Under the pieces are notes generated by a model. The model saw nothing but the letters and a program-made list of their open reading frames with translations. It did no database searches and had not been told where the DNA came from. The translations under genes were made by a program, and so were the position numbers. A stretch of 63,599 nucleotides of DNA, the filler included, from Choristocarpus tenellus KU-1152 (Eukaryota > Protista > Phaeophyceae): assembly GCA_964200185.2 (NCBI GenBank). It is 12 parts of 12 records of this genome, joined end to end, with 100 filler letters (N's around TTAATTAATTAA, not from the genome) between each part and the next. Parts side by side here need not be neighbours in the genome. Positions count along the whole stretch, not along the records: positions 8,596 to 14,242 come from CAXNAD020010145.1; positions 14,343 to 17,118 come from CAXNAD020024841.1; positions 17,219 to 20,923 come from CAXNAD020018407.1; positions 21,024 to 24,087 come from CAXNAD020022581.1; positions 24,188 to 28,228 come from CAXNAD020016524.1; 7 more parts are not named here. The stretch is one strand, 5' to 3'. This document shows positions 12,160 through 26,563 of the stretch, in pieces. Numbering within the stretch: the stretch's first letter is position 1; the number at the start of each line of letters is the position of its first letter.

Positions 12160-14242
12160 ATGAACCGCTTCTGCGCAGGTATCGTGCTCTGCCTTGTATC
12201 CTGTCCAAATCATGACATCGTATCAGCACTCCTCCCAGTCAGCACTCTCTCCACGGTGGCAAGACGACCACAGTCACAGGATGCTTTGGGATTCGCGCGG
12301 GGTTCATTTCCTACCTTGACGCGAATGAAAGCGAGGCGAAAAAATTCTCGCTCAATGGCCCTCAGGATGGCTGACGATCGAGAAGAGGCCATCAAAGCCA
12401 AGATTGCCAAACTCAGAGGGGCCGCTTCGAAGGGCGATTCCTATGAGCAGATTATGGGTGAGGGCAAGGCGATGACGGAGAAGATGAAAAAGAACGAGGA
12501 GACGTTCAAGACTGTGGAGGAGAGAGAGGCTCAGGTGAGTCGAAGGGCCCGGTCGATTTTCATGAACGGAGAGCATACATGTACTGAGTATGGTTGAATC
12601 CCAATTGAAGCAAAAAACAGATATCACAGGGCATGCGAAGAATACTTAAAGCCTTTTATGGCTATCATTCCATTAATTTTACCTCGGCAGTGAGAAATGA
12701 TATTGTCAGCATTGTGCATCTCTCTACCCACACCTTGTCTTTGTCACGCCTCTACCTTGTCACACCGGACTGTAGAAAGACTTGCGGGATAAGGTGGTTG
12801 TGAGAGGAAAGAGAGAGGATGCTGTGAGTGAACTAGAGGAGGGTCGAAGGACGGTGGTGCGCGATGAGGACGATCCTGAGTTTGAGGTCAACACCTTGGA
12901 TGGCCTTACGAAGTCAGACGAGGAGAGCTACAACCGCCTCATGGAAACTGCTGTGGATGTTTCAGTGAGTTGGCAGTCCCAAATAAAGATATTGGTCTGA
13001 CAGGCCCACAAGCAACAATTATGCACCAAGAACATAATGTTGTGATGTATTTCAATGTGGCACAGCAATTGGTATTAAGTCTGATGTGATTACAAGGCGT
13101 AAGTCTTCCGGCTGTAGTTATCTTATTGTAACCCTAACCCTACTATTTACATATATTTTTATGCCTGAAATGTTTAGTGTATGAGTGTGAAGTGCTGTAT
13201 TTATTGTACTGCATTGTGTTCATAAATGATGTAACAAGATACATAAAGAACAGCAAAAAGCACTCTCTGTAACCCTAACCTTAACCCTAACCCTAATGGA
13301 AAGTCATTGATAACTCGGTCCTTAGATCCGACAGGACTTTCAAACTGGGTTTGATAACTTGATGGCTTGATAAATTGATAGCTTGATAACGTGATAAATT
13401 TTTACTTTTAGACTGCAGGATCATTTTTGGGGCCCTCTACTGCATTATCTCTTGTGTGACTTCTTTTCATTTTTTTCTTTTTTGTTCCAACAGGAAATTT
13501 CTTCTGGAGGAGCGGGGCCTAATAAGTTTGATGGGGGTTTCTCAAACACGATGAGTAGTGCAGAGGCGTTCTTGTCTAGAACATCTACTTTTGACAAGTT
13601 GCAGGACCTAAAACGCTCCAAGGAGGCTAAGGAGGAGGAGGACGAAGGAGCTAAGGAGGAAGGAGCTGAGGAGGGAAAGGTCCCGCTGCAGCAGGTTTGG
13701 TACTATTAATTTATATTAGGGTTAGAGTTATTGCTGTTGTCACTGATTAATACTAGGGTTAGGGTTACTGCTGTTACAACTATTGATTTATATTAGGGTT
13801 AGGGTTAGTGCTGGTAGCACTATTGGTCAATACTAGGGTTAGGGTTAGGGTTATGTGTTGTTATCAATGAGAGAGGAGAGAGGCTAGTTGGTGAGGATGT
13901 GTCTGTTGCTTTGCATTTTCTCTTCATGATATTTTTTTTGTCTCTATCCCAAACCCAGATTTTTTTTAATTTTTCCCCTAACCCAAAAACTCACTCCCCA
14001 CCTCCCTCTCCATAATATGTGATTCATGCACTGAATCAGGACTCGAACGCCTCCAATGGTGAAGATGAAATGAGGCGGACGGGCAGTGTTGGGGGCCGGT
14101 GGGATGGTCCTCCTCCCTCAGATGACGTTGGTACCCACAAGCCTGCCGTGGGGTCATGGGGTGTGTTTGAGAGACCTAAGGACATCAGCAAGGCTTTTGG
14201 GGGGGGAGGGACCCGAGGCAGCGGCGTGTTGATCCAGAGGAG
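12160..14242 (+). CDS. Plastid-targeted conserved uncharacterised protein (multi-exon, 3' truncated)
   Basis: Exons 12160-12534, 12776-12964, 13494-13694 and 14040-contig end, all phase-0 GT-AG joins. Signal peptide plus an S/R-rich transit-like N-terminus. Motif HKPAVGSWGVFERPKDISKAFGGG. Confidence 0.8.
13700..13852. repeat. Intronic ~40-bp minisatellite built around TAGGGTTAGGGTT
   Basis: About four degenerate units, each ending TAGGGTTAGGGTT or a close variant. Confidence 0.75.
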
Positions 14243-17200
14243 NNNNNNNNNNNNNNNNNNNNNNNNNNNNNNNNNNNNNNNNNNNNTTAATTAATTAANN
14301 NNNNNNNNNNNNNNNNNNNNNNNNNNNNNNNNNNNNNNNNNNTAAATGCTCTTTTCCTGTTTTTGGGCCAAATGTACCCCTTGGGGTAGGCCCCCCCCCC
14401 CCTCCCAGATACTTTGGGTCTGATTGGTATAGTTAGTGGATATGTGAAAAATCGCCGCATTGGTTTAAGAGTGGATCCGCGGAAATTGGGCACAATTGGT
14501 TCGGCGGAGAGTGGATGTGTGGATTGGACGCATATATATAGTTGGGTTGATATGAACGTGGTGGTGTGAAGTTGGTGTGGTAAGAAGGTGTTGGTTTGTC
14601 GGTGTTGTAGTAACAAGATGGTGATGTGACGTCAGTTGATGGGGAATGGAGAAGTGGATATGAGGTCAAGAGTGGGTTATTAATTTATCTAAATTTCGTG
14701 AGCAAACAACAAATGGTATATTGTGTGTGTTATCTTATTATGCACACTGACATGTATTTGCAGATATTATGCGCTAGGGAAAGGTCAAAGACCAAAACAA
14801 TCGAGGCTCAACGGGCTAGTGATTTCTCATGTCGGTAAAAGTAACTTTGATTTTGGAAAATCAGTTGTACGGCACAGTAAGGACTACCATTAACCTTTTG
14901 TGCGCTACAGTCTTTTTGGAAAAGATACAGCAACTCCAGATCTTATTGTGCACGCTGACATTTTGCAGATGTGTCAGGAGGAAAACCATACCGCAAGTGA
15001 CCTTTGTACAAAAGTTGGTGGAATGTCCTCCAATCCAAGTTGATCACACCAGATTAAATCTTGAAATTTCTCGATTTCTATAATTAGTAATGAAAGTGTG
15101 AATGTGTGTTGTGTATGGTGCATCATGGGGGGGTGAGAAGCATGGTGTCTTGTTCAGCCTACAATATACACAGAGAGCAGATGTTTTGAGAGTGATAATC
15201 GAAAATCTCCCTATGAAAGATTAGAAAAAGCATGTTCGGCTTTTGACGAATTTGTGTCACTATGTAGCAAGGGGAGGATGTCGCAGTAAACTACAACTAC
15301 TGTGATCTTGAGAGTGCTGCTACAAGCATACAACATCAAGTCACAGTTACATACACAGTCTCGTAGTACAGTCAGTAGGACAAAAAACAAAAATATAACG
15401 AACGATGAGAGAGATAGCCACTGTTTTGTCATCTGATTCAATGCAGCCATCAGCGGTTAGGAGTGCCCTAAAATTACCTGTTCTTTTCAAACTAGTGTCA
15501 GAGATTCCTCAAACCGCCCTGAGTCCTGGTCCTCTTTATCAGGGAAAGATATGCTCACCTAGTCCTGCAAAAATTCCTACAGCTCTGATTTGACCCATCC
15601 AAAAAACAATCTTATCAAACCTAGCTGTGGGTTGGCCTTGTTGTTACAGGTACCTTGTACGATGAAAAACCCTGACTGCGCTTGAAAAAAAAAAGCATGG
15701 AGGGGGTAATTGACCCAGAATGTGCTGTGTTTCTACATGCTCTCTGGTGCGGCCCATGCCTTAGATGCTTCATTGTCTATCAGTTACGAGCTCCCTATTA
15801 GCTACCATAAGATCAAAGTTACACCCAGACCCCATATAGGTCCACACATGCACGTACTTCTTAGCAAGAAGATGTGCATTTACTTGTACCACAGTAAAAT
15901 AAATTAAATCCGAGGCTTGATTTATATAGTTTATGTACGCAAGACAGTCCATCATCATCATCATCATCATCATAATCTACCATCTGGTGTGGTGGCGGCA
16001 TGAATCATTTGATACTCAGGGAAACCTCGCTACAGACAGCTACGGCAACAGCCACAGAGCCACACCTGTGGCCCTTGCTAATGGGTATACACGACTGGCG
16101 GGGGCGGGGGTGGGTGGGTGGGAAGTTCTCGTTGCGCACAACAAGTGCAACACAAAGGATATTGGATATTGCTGCAAGAATTAATAAAAAAGATTCAAGG
16201 TAGTAAGAGAGGTGCGAGGCAAATAATCCATCATTAATTTGTTTGACCAAATAGGTATCTACTTATAAATCCACCACCCTTGCACACGACTTACTTTGTT
16301 CAAGAAGAGGTGTATGCACAGAACCGAAAGACGCCGTCTACCTCTAGAAAACCAAACGATAATAGCTACACAAACAAAAAATAATCAGCAGGATGCTATT
16401 GTTGTCTACATAACCCCTGCACCTCCACAAACATGGCTGTCCCTTCTCAACGCCCACTCTTCCGGGAACAAGAAAAAAGGTACACCTTCCAAAGTATATA
16501 AAACGAGAAAAGTGACAACAACAACAACAACAACAACAACCCAAAAAAAAGCAGCAGCAGCATTTCACCCATCGCTTCCTCCTTGCAACTCGACTCGACT
16601 CTCTAACGGGAAAGCGCATACACAAATAAAACAACAAACACGCCTCCGCAGATAAGACTCGCAACACTTCCCGACACACCTGTGAGACAAAAACACAAAA
16701 AACACAAAAACGACGTAAGTCCTCAAACACCTTTCGCTGTCGCCACCCATCCCTAGACCCCCCCCTACCCTAGACCCAGTATGAAAGGCCAGCGAACACA
16801 ACGTACCCAAGCACCAAGGCCGCAAACTTCATGTTCTTCAACCTCGAATCGTGGATGAGCTCCCGAGGTAGAATCTGAATTAAATTTCGGACCGTGGCAG
16901 CAGCAGCAGCAGCACGTGAAAAGGGAGCGAGAGAAAAAAATAAGAAAAGAGAGGGGGGGTGGCTTCTGAATGGAAGGAAGGCATGGGAGGTGTGTGCTCT
17001 AGAGGGGGTTGCCGAATACTCTATAAGGTAAGTCGAACCTCGACCCATCTGTATCGCAAGAAGCAAAGAAGAGTAAACTTCGGGGAAAATTATTCAAGGC
17101 GAGTTGGTGGTGAAGGAGNNNNNNNNNNNNNNNNNNNNNNNNNNNNNNNNNNNNNNNNNNNNTTAATTAATTAANNNNNNNNNNNNNNNNNNNNNNNNNN

Positions 17201-17290
17201 NNNNNNNNNNNNNNNNNNCCCCCTGGTTAAGACCCCCATCCTAACAAAACATGCAACATAAGTAACAACAAACCACAACCCAAAACATAC

Positions 17291-17401
17291 CTCCAACCAA
17301 AGGATTTGAGTGCTGGCATGGACAACGATGACAGCTTCAGTGGAGTCATACGGAGCATCTGGGGTATTGACGCGAGTAACACTGCGTAGAGGGACCTTCA
17401 A
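17291..17401 (-). CDS. Internal exon of an unidentified multi-exon gene
   Basis: Acceptor ctctctcag|, 37 codons (LKVPLRSVTRVNTPDAPYDSTEAVIVVHASTQILWLE), donor |gtatgt. Other candidate exons near 17570-17735 and 19057-19175 are unresolved. Confidence 0.4.
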
Positions 17402-20400
17402 CTGAGAGAGGAGGGCATGCACACTATACCTCACATAATATATTCCCAGAAAGGTTAAAGATAGCCTCAACAGAATATGCTACAACATTTTGTGGTATCC
17501 CTTGACGAGTGAGTATAAAATCAACATGAAGTAGAGACCTTGTTGAATCAAACAAACGTAAATGCTCGTGCTTGCAGGCAGGCATGGACTAGAAGAGAAA
17601 GGGGTAGGACATATTTTTCGAACTTGTTATTAGCTGCTGCAGCTGGTAGTTCCTGTTCCCTTGCAAAGATGAGACAGGAGGAAGTGAGCCCTGAGTAACA
17701 GCCAGTAGCATGCGCTGGAAGCGGGCAAAAGAGGCCTTCAAAAAGGGATGGTATGTGGCAATCAACTAGTCGAGAGCACCCATCACATACAATGTCGTTC
17801 TAGTGCAACAAACCATCACCATGCTGCTCCACCTCCCTGTTACTCTAACGTTATACAATCATACCACAGTTGCTCTACAATATGCGCATACTTCAGGTGC
17901 TGAAAAAAAATAAAGATAAAGATAATGAGCAACAGTGCTCATCTTATTGACTCAGTGCAACAAAAAGATCGCACTCTGTTGGTAGCACTAATGATACTAC
18001 TGATTCATTCATTCATGATACCTGTAGTAGCAAGGGGCCCTATACGGAGCACAAGCCCCCCCCCCTCCCTCCCCTTTCCCTCATCCGTCTTCGGAACCAC
18101 AACAGATACAAAGTAGTAAAGAGCACTGTGTACTACGTAGCACTACATCATGTTTTGTACAATACATTAGCCCCAACCCAGATCAGGCTTCAACCTTGGG
18201 GCCAAGGACCACCCAGCACAACCGCCTCATGCACAGCAATGCCAGTATGCTGCACAGGGTATACCCCCCCCCCCCCCCCCTCCTCCTACAAAGAAAAGAC
18301 CTGCTTGAGGGTTGGAATCCATCATCCTAGAGTGCAGAGTCCCTTCCTTACTATAGTACCCTTGCAAGGTTGGTGAGACTTCATCTAGAGTCACTAAAAA
18401 AAACGACGGAGTGGAAAGAGGCCGTACCACTGATGAAGCAGATCATTTAGGGTTGGAGGGGCCAAGAAGGAAAGTCCCCCCCTTCACCCTTCGAGTGCTG
18501 TGTACACCTGGCTGGGGCTTGATCACATCGCCCCAAAACACGCAACGCACATCAACCGCCATAGAGTGTATTCTCCTCATTAAGGTTTTGGTCAGTGGGT
18601 ACACTCTTTATGTCTCTCCACCATGTCTGTGCATGAAACAAGAGAGTAGTTTGATTCATCCACAATCAGACAGCGAATACGCTAATCCTTGTCCCCTTCA
18701 AAAAGAAAAAAGAAAAAAAAAGATCGCACTCTGGACCAAATGTTTCCCTTGGTGCAATAACAACCTTACATACATACATACATACATATATAATGCATGC
18801 ATGCACATGTGGTGGGGGAGTTAAAAATGCAATATCAGGTTGGTGGACACAAAAAATGAACAGTTCGATGCATGTGGGCACAAAGAATTCCATCAAGACT
18901 CCAGGGATCACAACACTGAAATTTGGGGGATGAGTATCTCCTCCCTCAGAACAACGCACTCGAGCAAATATATTTCATCGTACCACTCAGCCCCCTCCGT
19001 AACAGGACCATCAACAAGGTGACATGGATTGCGCACCAACCCACCCTGTATATTCACCTGGTCTCCACACCGTCCAAGACCGCTCCCGAAGAGGAGACAC
19101 ACATCCAACGACATGCCCAAGGTCCTCCTCCACCGTGGGTTCTAAGTGCATTGTTCATATTTGTCCGTGTCACCAATCTGTTCTAACTATTCAATCTGCT
19201 TGCCTTGTGAACGTGGGAACATGTAGCAGGCATGCGATAATATAGAAGCAAAAGCAACAACTACACACTACTTCCAACAACAGCGTGCAGATGACAGGCA
19301 AGAAACACTCGAAATTAATATGCACTCGATTCTGTAACGAGGGAGCCAGAGCAGATTCAACTTTACACAGCACAACAGACGGCAAGAAACAAGAAGAGGT
19401 CGTCTTTGGTGCAATCCCTGTACCACCCTCTCTTCTCCACTGCCTTCAAAGACAAGAAAAAAAAAAATCATAAAAAAACAAAACAAAACACTTCGACTTA
19501 CCTATACATCTACCCACAGCCAAAACATAAAATTCACAGCCCCATCCACAAATGCAACATCAAAACCCACAGTATTTCCCACTGCACAACATACCAACAA
19601 ACACATAACACACCACAACAAACACGGCATTGCTTTCGCCAAGGCAAGTAGTCTTTGATTCCAGGATGCAGCACACGCCCAAGAATGCATGCCGTCAACA
19701 TGCAGGTTAACAGGCCTTGCCTGTCTGTCTGCCTGCCTGCCTGCAAGACGTGGTGAATATCGACCACATTCAACCAGAACATTCAACACCCTGGAGCAAA
19801 CATCCCTTTCCCTGTTTTAGACTCTTGCTACCACACACGGCAAACCAACCCATGTTCATTGAAGCACAAAGCCACTGCAGCAACAACATCCATCGAGTCC
19901 TTCATGCTCATCATGCAACATCATCACAGACACAATCGCTCGGCTACAGGAAACGCCTTCTACACAGCGGTCAAAACTGTGTGCATACCACCCATCTTGT
20001 GCACAGTCCATTACCATCCTGGACACACTAAAAAACATCGCCTCTCCAAGTCACAGTAGGCGGCAGTTGGTGCAGGCTTTTGGGGGAGATGCCCTCTACA
20101 TAAAACACCACGGCAACCGAACAATTCCTCTAAAACTACCACCTAATGCTCATGCAAGCTATCAAGGACAGCAATAAATACCACTCCTTTTGGCGATTGG
20201 CACAGTGATTGATAGCTAAATTAAAGTGCAAAGCAGTGTCCATATCAAGCATAGAACCTACCACTCCCTTGTGAATCAAACCACATACACTAGCCACCAG
20301 CAACCAGGCCCTCAAACCAAGCAAAAACACCATAGAGGAGATCTAGGGGTGTTGGGATCGCAGAGATGACTTCGAGAGAGAGCCAGGGTATCAGGTTTCA

Positions 20401-22968
20401 CAGACACCTCGCTAGGTGCACAAAACCCGCAATTGCAATCGAGGAGAGGATACCCCCACCCCAGGGTATCTTTACAATCCTCATGAGCCACAAGACATAC
20501 CAGAAAAATAAGCATAAAACCAAACACAGATACTATACACAGCAAGAGATGTCTACACTCTAGCCAACTGCAGTTCCACTACAACAGACACTTACCACAC
20601 ATGCACACCTTCACAATTCATTGACTATCAATGATGTTGCGGTGACTACTCACACCTTCCAACCAAGCAACCAAGAACATACAAAACACACCAACAGTAA
20701 CAAAGCAAAAAAAAAGAATGTACCCTCTCAGCTGACTGGGCAACATGGCATCCCTAAAAGGCCATCCCCCCCCCCTTGTGCTCCCTCTCCCCGAGTTCCA
20801 CAAGATTCTAGATTTAGCTCAAATTACAGCAGCACCACAAAAGGATTGAGGGGGGGGGGGGGGGGGGGGAAAAAAAAAAAAATTAAAAATAAAAAAAAGA
20901 CCAGCCCCCCCCCCAATTTTTCTNNNNNNNNNNNNNNNNNNNNNNNNNNNNNNNNNNNNNNNNNNNNTTAATTAATTAANNNNNNNNNNNNNNNNNNNNN
21001 NNNNNNNNNNNNNNNNNNNNNNNATCCCGAGAAGGAACTTGGTGGGAGGGGGTGGAGAGCTGGGAGCTGGAGGGGGCTCAGGGGGCTCAGGTGCGTTGCC
21101 TACCCCGTCTCGTGTAAGTAGACTTCGGGGGCCTTCGTCAACACCGCTGAAGGCGGTGTCAAAGAAGCCAGGGGTCACTGCCTCACATGATATCAGTGGC
21201 AATGGTGGCAATGAACTGGGAGGGGCAGGCTATGAGGGCTCAGTGGAAGGAGGGAGGGAGGGTGGTGCAGGAGTAAGGCCGAGCTTGCTCCGCAGACCTA
21301 CACCAAAGTTAGCGAGGAAAATTCCTCGTGCAAACATTTGATTGGTTGATTGCAAATACAGGGACAATTGTGCATTGCGGGCTTCTTTGAGTTCACAACA
21401 GTAGTAACGCTAGCCCATTGTCGATTTTAATTGGGGGTCTTTGTATCTAAGTAAGTTGGGGAAATCTTTGTTGTGAGGATTGATATAGTGCTCGTGGGTA
21501 CATGTATTGAATAATTTCTACATTATTGTAACACAACTGTTGTTCGTATGTATCTTGGGGGTATGAAGAGTGTATGGTGTATGGTGTATTGGTGTTCCAA
21601 GTGCTTTGCATTGATTGGTAGGCTTTAATTGAAGAGGGCAATAATAAACGATGTGGATTGCTGTGATGAAATCGTTTTTGGACTGCATTCCTTCGAAGTG
21701 AGAGGTTAAGTCCACTGTGTTTGTGGGTGATATGTGACTGTTTGGCCAAGACGTAAGACACACTGCACCAGCACTACATACAACACTTAGAAACACAGTG
21801 TTACAAGCAAGCATTAAAGAGGTAAAAGGGTAAACTGGCAACACTTGGTTGTGGTGAGCGGCTCATGACAACAGCATGATGCGACCATTCGTTGCATACC
21901 TTACAAATCGTCTAGGCAGTAAAGTCCATTGTGGTAGGTGGACTGATATTATGTGTATTCTGATACCAATAAAAAAAATCAAATTGCGGGATGAAAATCG
22001 CTTTGCCCAGAACATAAATACCCCCTCTCTTTCTTCGTGATTCTTTGCTGATGCAAGCTAGATATGCAGAGAGGTCATTTTTTTTTCTACAAGAGAGAGA
22101 GAGAAGAGTTCAGGTAAAAGTCAAAGAATGTTCTTGATGGAAATTGACCCAAAATGCGACGACAGGTGATCGTGTTCTTTCAGTGTGGGCTTTGAGTTCT
22201 TGGTGGAAACAGAACAGTCAAACCGAAGAAGGGCTCAACAAAATAGGAAAGTATACATTGCTCATTTCAAGCTGGTGGATTGTGGGTGGTAAAAGCAGAA
22301 AGGTAGTGGTGACTTTGCTGGGAAGGTTTTGAGCATTTGACTTGATCTCAACAGGGAAGATCACCACCTGGTTTCTTATCATCAGGCAAGCAAAACCTAG
22401 ACTGCAGCATATTGTCCAAGTGAACTAATGCACCCAGATATGCGCAATATCAAAGCAGGTGTATTAGTAGCCCTCCAAATTAACCACACTCAAGAAGAGA
22501 GTGAACAGTAGCCCTGAATTGCCACAATAAATACTGGATTCGGACTCCAATCTGTCTTGGGCACATTGCTTCATTTCACAAACCCTCCTCACTGTACAGA
22601 GTTTGTCTCTCCTACCCTACCTCCCCCCCCCCATCTCTATCTCTCTCGTTTATTCTCATCTATGTATCTTTGTATTTATAGTATTTTGCGTCGTCTCAAC
22701 CATGGTGATACTGTTTTCCCTCCAACTACCTTTCAGACACAGGTTTTGGAACCCCTCAAGAGTAATGTGAAGGTCAGAAAGATGATAAGAGCAACTGTAA
22801 TAAATGTGGGTCATAGCAGCGTACACATTACTTTGCAGTGAAAAACCTCTACAGTAAAGGAGACATTGTTGAATTGTTAGTTTTCAAGTAGTACATTTTT
22901 TTTTAGAAACATGTCTTAGCATTAACGACAACTCTTCTATTTACAGCAGTAGTCCTTGTAATATTTTT

Positions 22969-23350
22969 ATTATTATGCCCTCTTGACATTTTGCAGATGT
23001 GCCAGGGGAAAAACCAATCAAAACCCATTCAAATGTCAGAACAAACTCTGCAAAAGTAACCGTCGTAAATGTGAAAGACATTTTTCTATCATCTATTTAC
23101 GATTTTACTAACAGCTATGCTACACCACTGCCCTTCTGTGCCTCCGACCTAGCTCAGTCCTGCCACCCCAGGGTGAGGAACTAGGGAAGCATCCCAAGAA
23201 TCTAACAAACACCTCCTCGCCCATTTCCCTGGTGTCTCCAGCCTAAAACGCATGACACGTCTAGATAGAGCTACTTGTGTTGTGACAGATACTATCTGTT
23301 GTAGACGGGATTTGACGGCCCCTTTCCTACTGAAGCCTCCTGCCCCTCTA
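22969..23350 (-). mobile_element. RLE-type non-LTR 3' end, second copy
   Basis: Aligns with the 11051 copy: same hairpin and tail, and a GGFSRKGAVKSRLQQIVSVTTQVALSRRVMRF peptide. Confidence 0.75.
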
Positions 23351-24187
23351 CTTGTACTATAGCTCTGTTTTTTCCCTGACAGGTCCGCAAAATGTCAGAG
23401 GGCAAGGGCTGTTCACGAACCAGATCTATTCAAACAATACTGAATACAATATAGATACAATGTGATACCAGTTACACACAGTAGTAAGTGGTGGGGAAAA
23501 GTTCATCATAGTGGAATAAATAAACCCTGTGTTGAATAACTCACATTCACATAGGGCACTTTGTGGGTTGGTTTATTCACAGCACAATGACCCACCATCC
23601 ATGTGGTGGATCTCAGGTAGGAGTGTGAAAATAATAGCAAAACGTGATAGGGATGACGTTTCGTGAGCCACCAGGTACAACAAGAGAAAGTGTGGTAACA
23701 ATGTCAAACAGAGGACCGTTTACATTATTGAGGAAAGGATCGTAACGCACTCACAACAACACTGCACATCTCACCGTGCTCCCCATTATTACAAAGAAAT
23801 GCATGCACAACTGAGATTGGAAAATGCTACCCAACATTAACCATGAAGGCCTGCAGGTCACCACAGTTATCATCAGGAAATGACACCATTGCACCGACAA
23901 ACATACGCGAAAAAAATACGTTTGTATAGATGATCCCGGGATCCCGTGTGATCGTTCATCATCCATGATTGTAACGAACATGAAGGATGCAAAGAAGGCT
24001 GTTTCCAATTTACAGTAACCAAAACGTCAAAAAACAGCCCTAACCCTCTACGTATTTGAAGTATAATATCTTACCGAATCGGACATANNNNNNNNNNNNN
24101 NNNNNNNNNNNNNNNNNNNNNNNNNNNNNNNTTAATTAATTAANNNNNNNNNNNNNNNNNNNNNNNNNNNNNNNNNNNNNNNNNNNN

Positions 24188-24516
24188 ATGTGAGTTGAAC
24201 TTGCCTTCGTGGCACCTAGATGTGGAGCAGGCATTTGTTCAATCTGCCTTGGATGAGGAGGTGTACATGTACCTCCCCGACAGGGATGTGGAGATCTTTC
24301 TTATACCACCGTACGTGTTCACAGATCCCTATATGGGTTAAAGCAAGCCTCTAGGACTTGGAATACCAAGCTGGTTTCCACCCTTAAGCGCAATGGTTTT
24401 GACTAGTGTCTGATTGACCCGTGTGTATTTAGATTCAGGAAAGGTGGTGTTATCAAGATGATGCTTGCGGTCCATGTGGATGATACGATGGTTTTGGCGT
24501 CTTGTGATGATTGCAC
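24188..24516 (+). mobile_element. Copia RT fragment
   Basis: WHLDVEQAFVQSALDEEVYM, SLYGLKQASRTW, DPCVF, LAVHVDD. One internal stop and a frameshift. Confidence 0.9.
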
Positions 24517-26275
24517 TATGACGGACAAGGAGGATGAGGAGGAAGAACGTCCATTATTTCGCGGGTTTTGCATCCCCCAAGACCGATCCGCTTACATGGC
24601 GAGCTCGTGGGGGGTTATGCTGGAGAGAGAGGAAGATCTGAGAGATGTCAGAGCCAAATTATCTTAGAGGGTAGAGTCGCGTCCATTTGTGGTTGAAAAT
24701 CCAATGTTGCGATTTTGATGTAATTTTGGGCATCGTGATTGTTAGGAAGTGTCAATATCCATGTTCTGGACACAACTTTTCATAACGTATACATTTTGCC
24801 TACTCTGAAACATTTTGGAGTATCAAAATGTCATAAAATAACCCATGAGAAGCCAAGCCCCAAATGGACAAAAGGGCAAAACTCGTACCCTCTAAGATAA
24901 TTTCACTCGTCACTTCATGGGAGGCGCTGAAGTTCAGGAGGCGGTACCGAGTCTCATTTGTCTTCTTTGAAGATTTTGTGAAGGAGATACACAAAGGCAG
25001 GGGTGGCTTGGTTGTCGAACTGCAGATGCCACCTGACGCCCTGGCATACCCGTGAAGCTGAAGGTGAGCATACCCGTCAGTAGAGTTTGTCTGTGAAAGG
25101 GCTACCTCGATAGGGTCCATAGATTCAACCGTCCTTTGATCTGACAGTACTGGATGTGACTTGCCGCCTGCAGTTGCTATCAGTTCTCCAAATCCTCGCC
25201 AGGGGAAACTGTTTTGATTATATCGAGAAACTTCCCGGTATATCTGAGAGCATAGCACAAACCACATTTCACCGCTTCTGTGAGTGTTTTGCGCGTGATA
25301 TGTACTCGAGTTGGATTTATCTACCAGAGGGTGAAGATTTCAGGGAGGTCATGCGCACGTATGGAACTTGGGGGGTTCCTGGTGCTGTGGGCTCCACTGA
25401 TGTTATACATGTGCGGTGGGAGAGGGAACCCATTAGTGATGCCCCGTATTACATCAGTAAGAAGGGTTACGTGACGGTCGCCTATGAAGTGACCGGTGAC
25501 CATGCTGGATATGCACGGGGAGTGACTGCTGGGTTTCCTGGAGCCAAAAATGATGAGAAAATCATTCGATATGATGGTGCTATCCAGAAACTTAGGAATG
25601 ACCCCACATACAGACAGCTGGAGTACAATGTCAAGGACCCCGTCGGGAACTGTTGCACCGAGAAAGGGGCCTATGTCCTTGTCGATGGGGTCCACCACAG
25701 GTGACAGGAAAAACGTGACTGTACGGCCATGCTTATGTCAGGGTTAGCTCCTGTGAAAATGAGTGCTCATCTAACTAGAAGTCAACATTCCTTTGCCCAA
25801 CTCGATCTTTGCATTTGCAGTGGAGGTGCACAATATGCCTCCTGAGGGCATCTATCACACAGGCACAGGCAAGGTGGAGCGAACGAGTGGAGAGTGTATG
25901 CAAGGATGTCAAGTGCTTTTTTGGCAGAGTCAAGGGCCGCTTCAGAATCCACAAGCTGCCACTACTACATTCGGAAAGAGGATAGATAACATATTCTTCA
26001 CTTGCTGCATATTGCAAAATATGCTTCATTCATATGATGCCTTGGAGAGTTGGAGGGCAACACTGATTGGACAGGGGATGCTGGTTAGCATGATGCCTTC
26101 TACAGTGACCCCTTGCACTCATTTCACACGGATGGGCATGCCAAGGGGCCAAGGGGGAGGGGGATCTGAAGAATATGTGGAGAGGGAGATGGAATTTGAT
26201 GAGCATAAGAATAGGTTCATAGCACACTACAAGTACAAGGGAAGAAAACGGAGATGTTGTTTGGATGAGGTCCTG
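24517..26275 (+). mobile_element. PIF/Harbinger DDE transposase (decayed, MITE-interrupted, with intron)
   Basis: FRRRYRVSF, GVPGAVGSTDVIHVRWE, FPGAKNDEKI, YVLVDG, then WSERVESVCKDVKCFFGRVKGRFRI and IFFTCCILQNML. Putative intron at 25701-25820. Confidence 0.88.
24651..24908 (+). mobile_element. MITE family A, full copy
   Basis: GAGCC...CACTC termini and TSD GTCA (24647-24650, 24909-24912). Removing it restores EDLRDV-TSWEALKFRRRYR. Confidence 0.92.
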
Positions 26276-26563
26276 ATGATGGGATATTGCTTGTTAAACA
26301 GTGCTTTGCATTTTGCGCCATTGACACTTTATGTGATAGTGAACGGTACAATTAGTATTTTACTTTTGTAAAGTACATACAAGAAGAGGTAGGAAGACTT
26401 AATACAGGACAAATGTGGAGAGTGATTGAGAGTCAACAGTAAAAAGGAAGAATTAATTGCCACTGGTTGTTGACAATGTAATTAGGTAGAGATTGTCCTC
26501 ATCGACAAGAGCAGCTCACTTCGCTGTAAAAGACTACTGAGCACTACACTGACAGCTGTGTTG

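Noticed and set aside
16807-16832. Possible first exon of a secreted protein (MKFAALVLG|gtacgt, minus strand)
   Set aside because: Downstream exons could not be linked, so the evidence is too thin to call.
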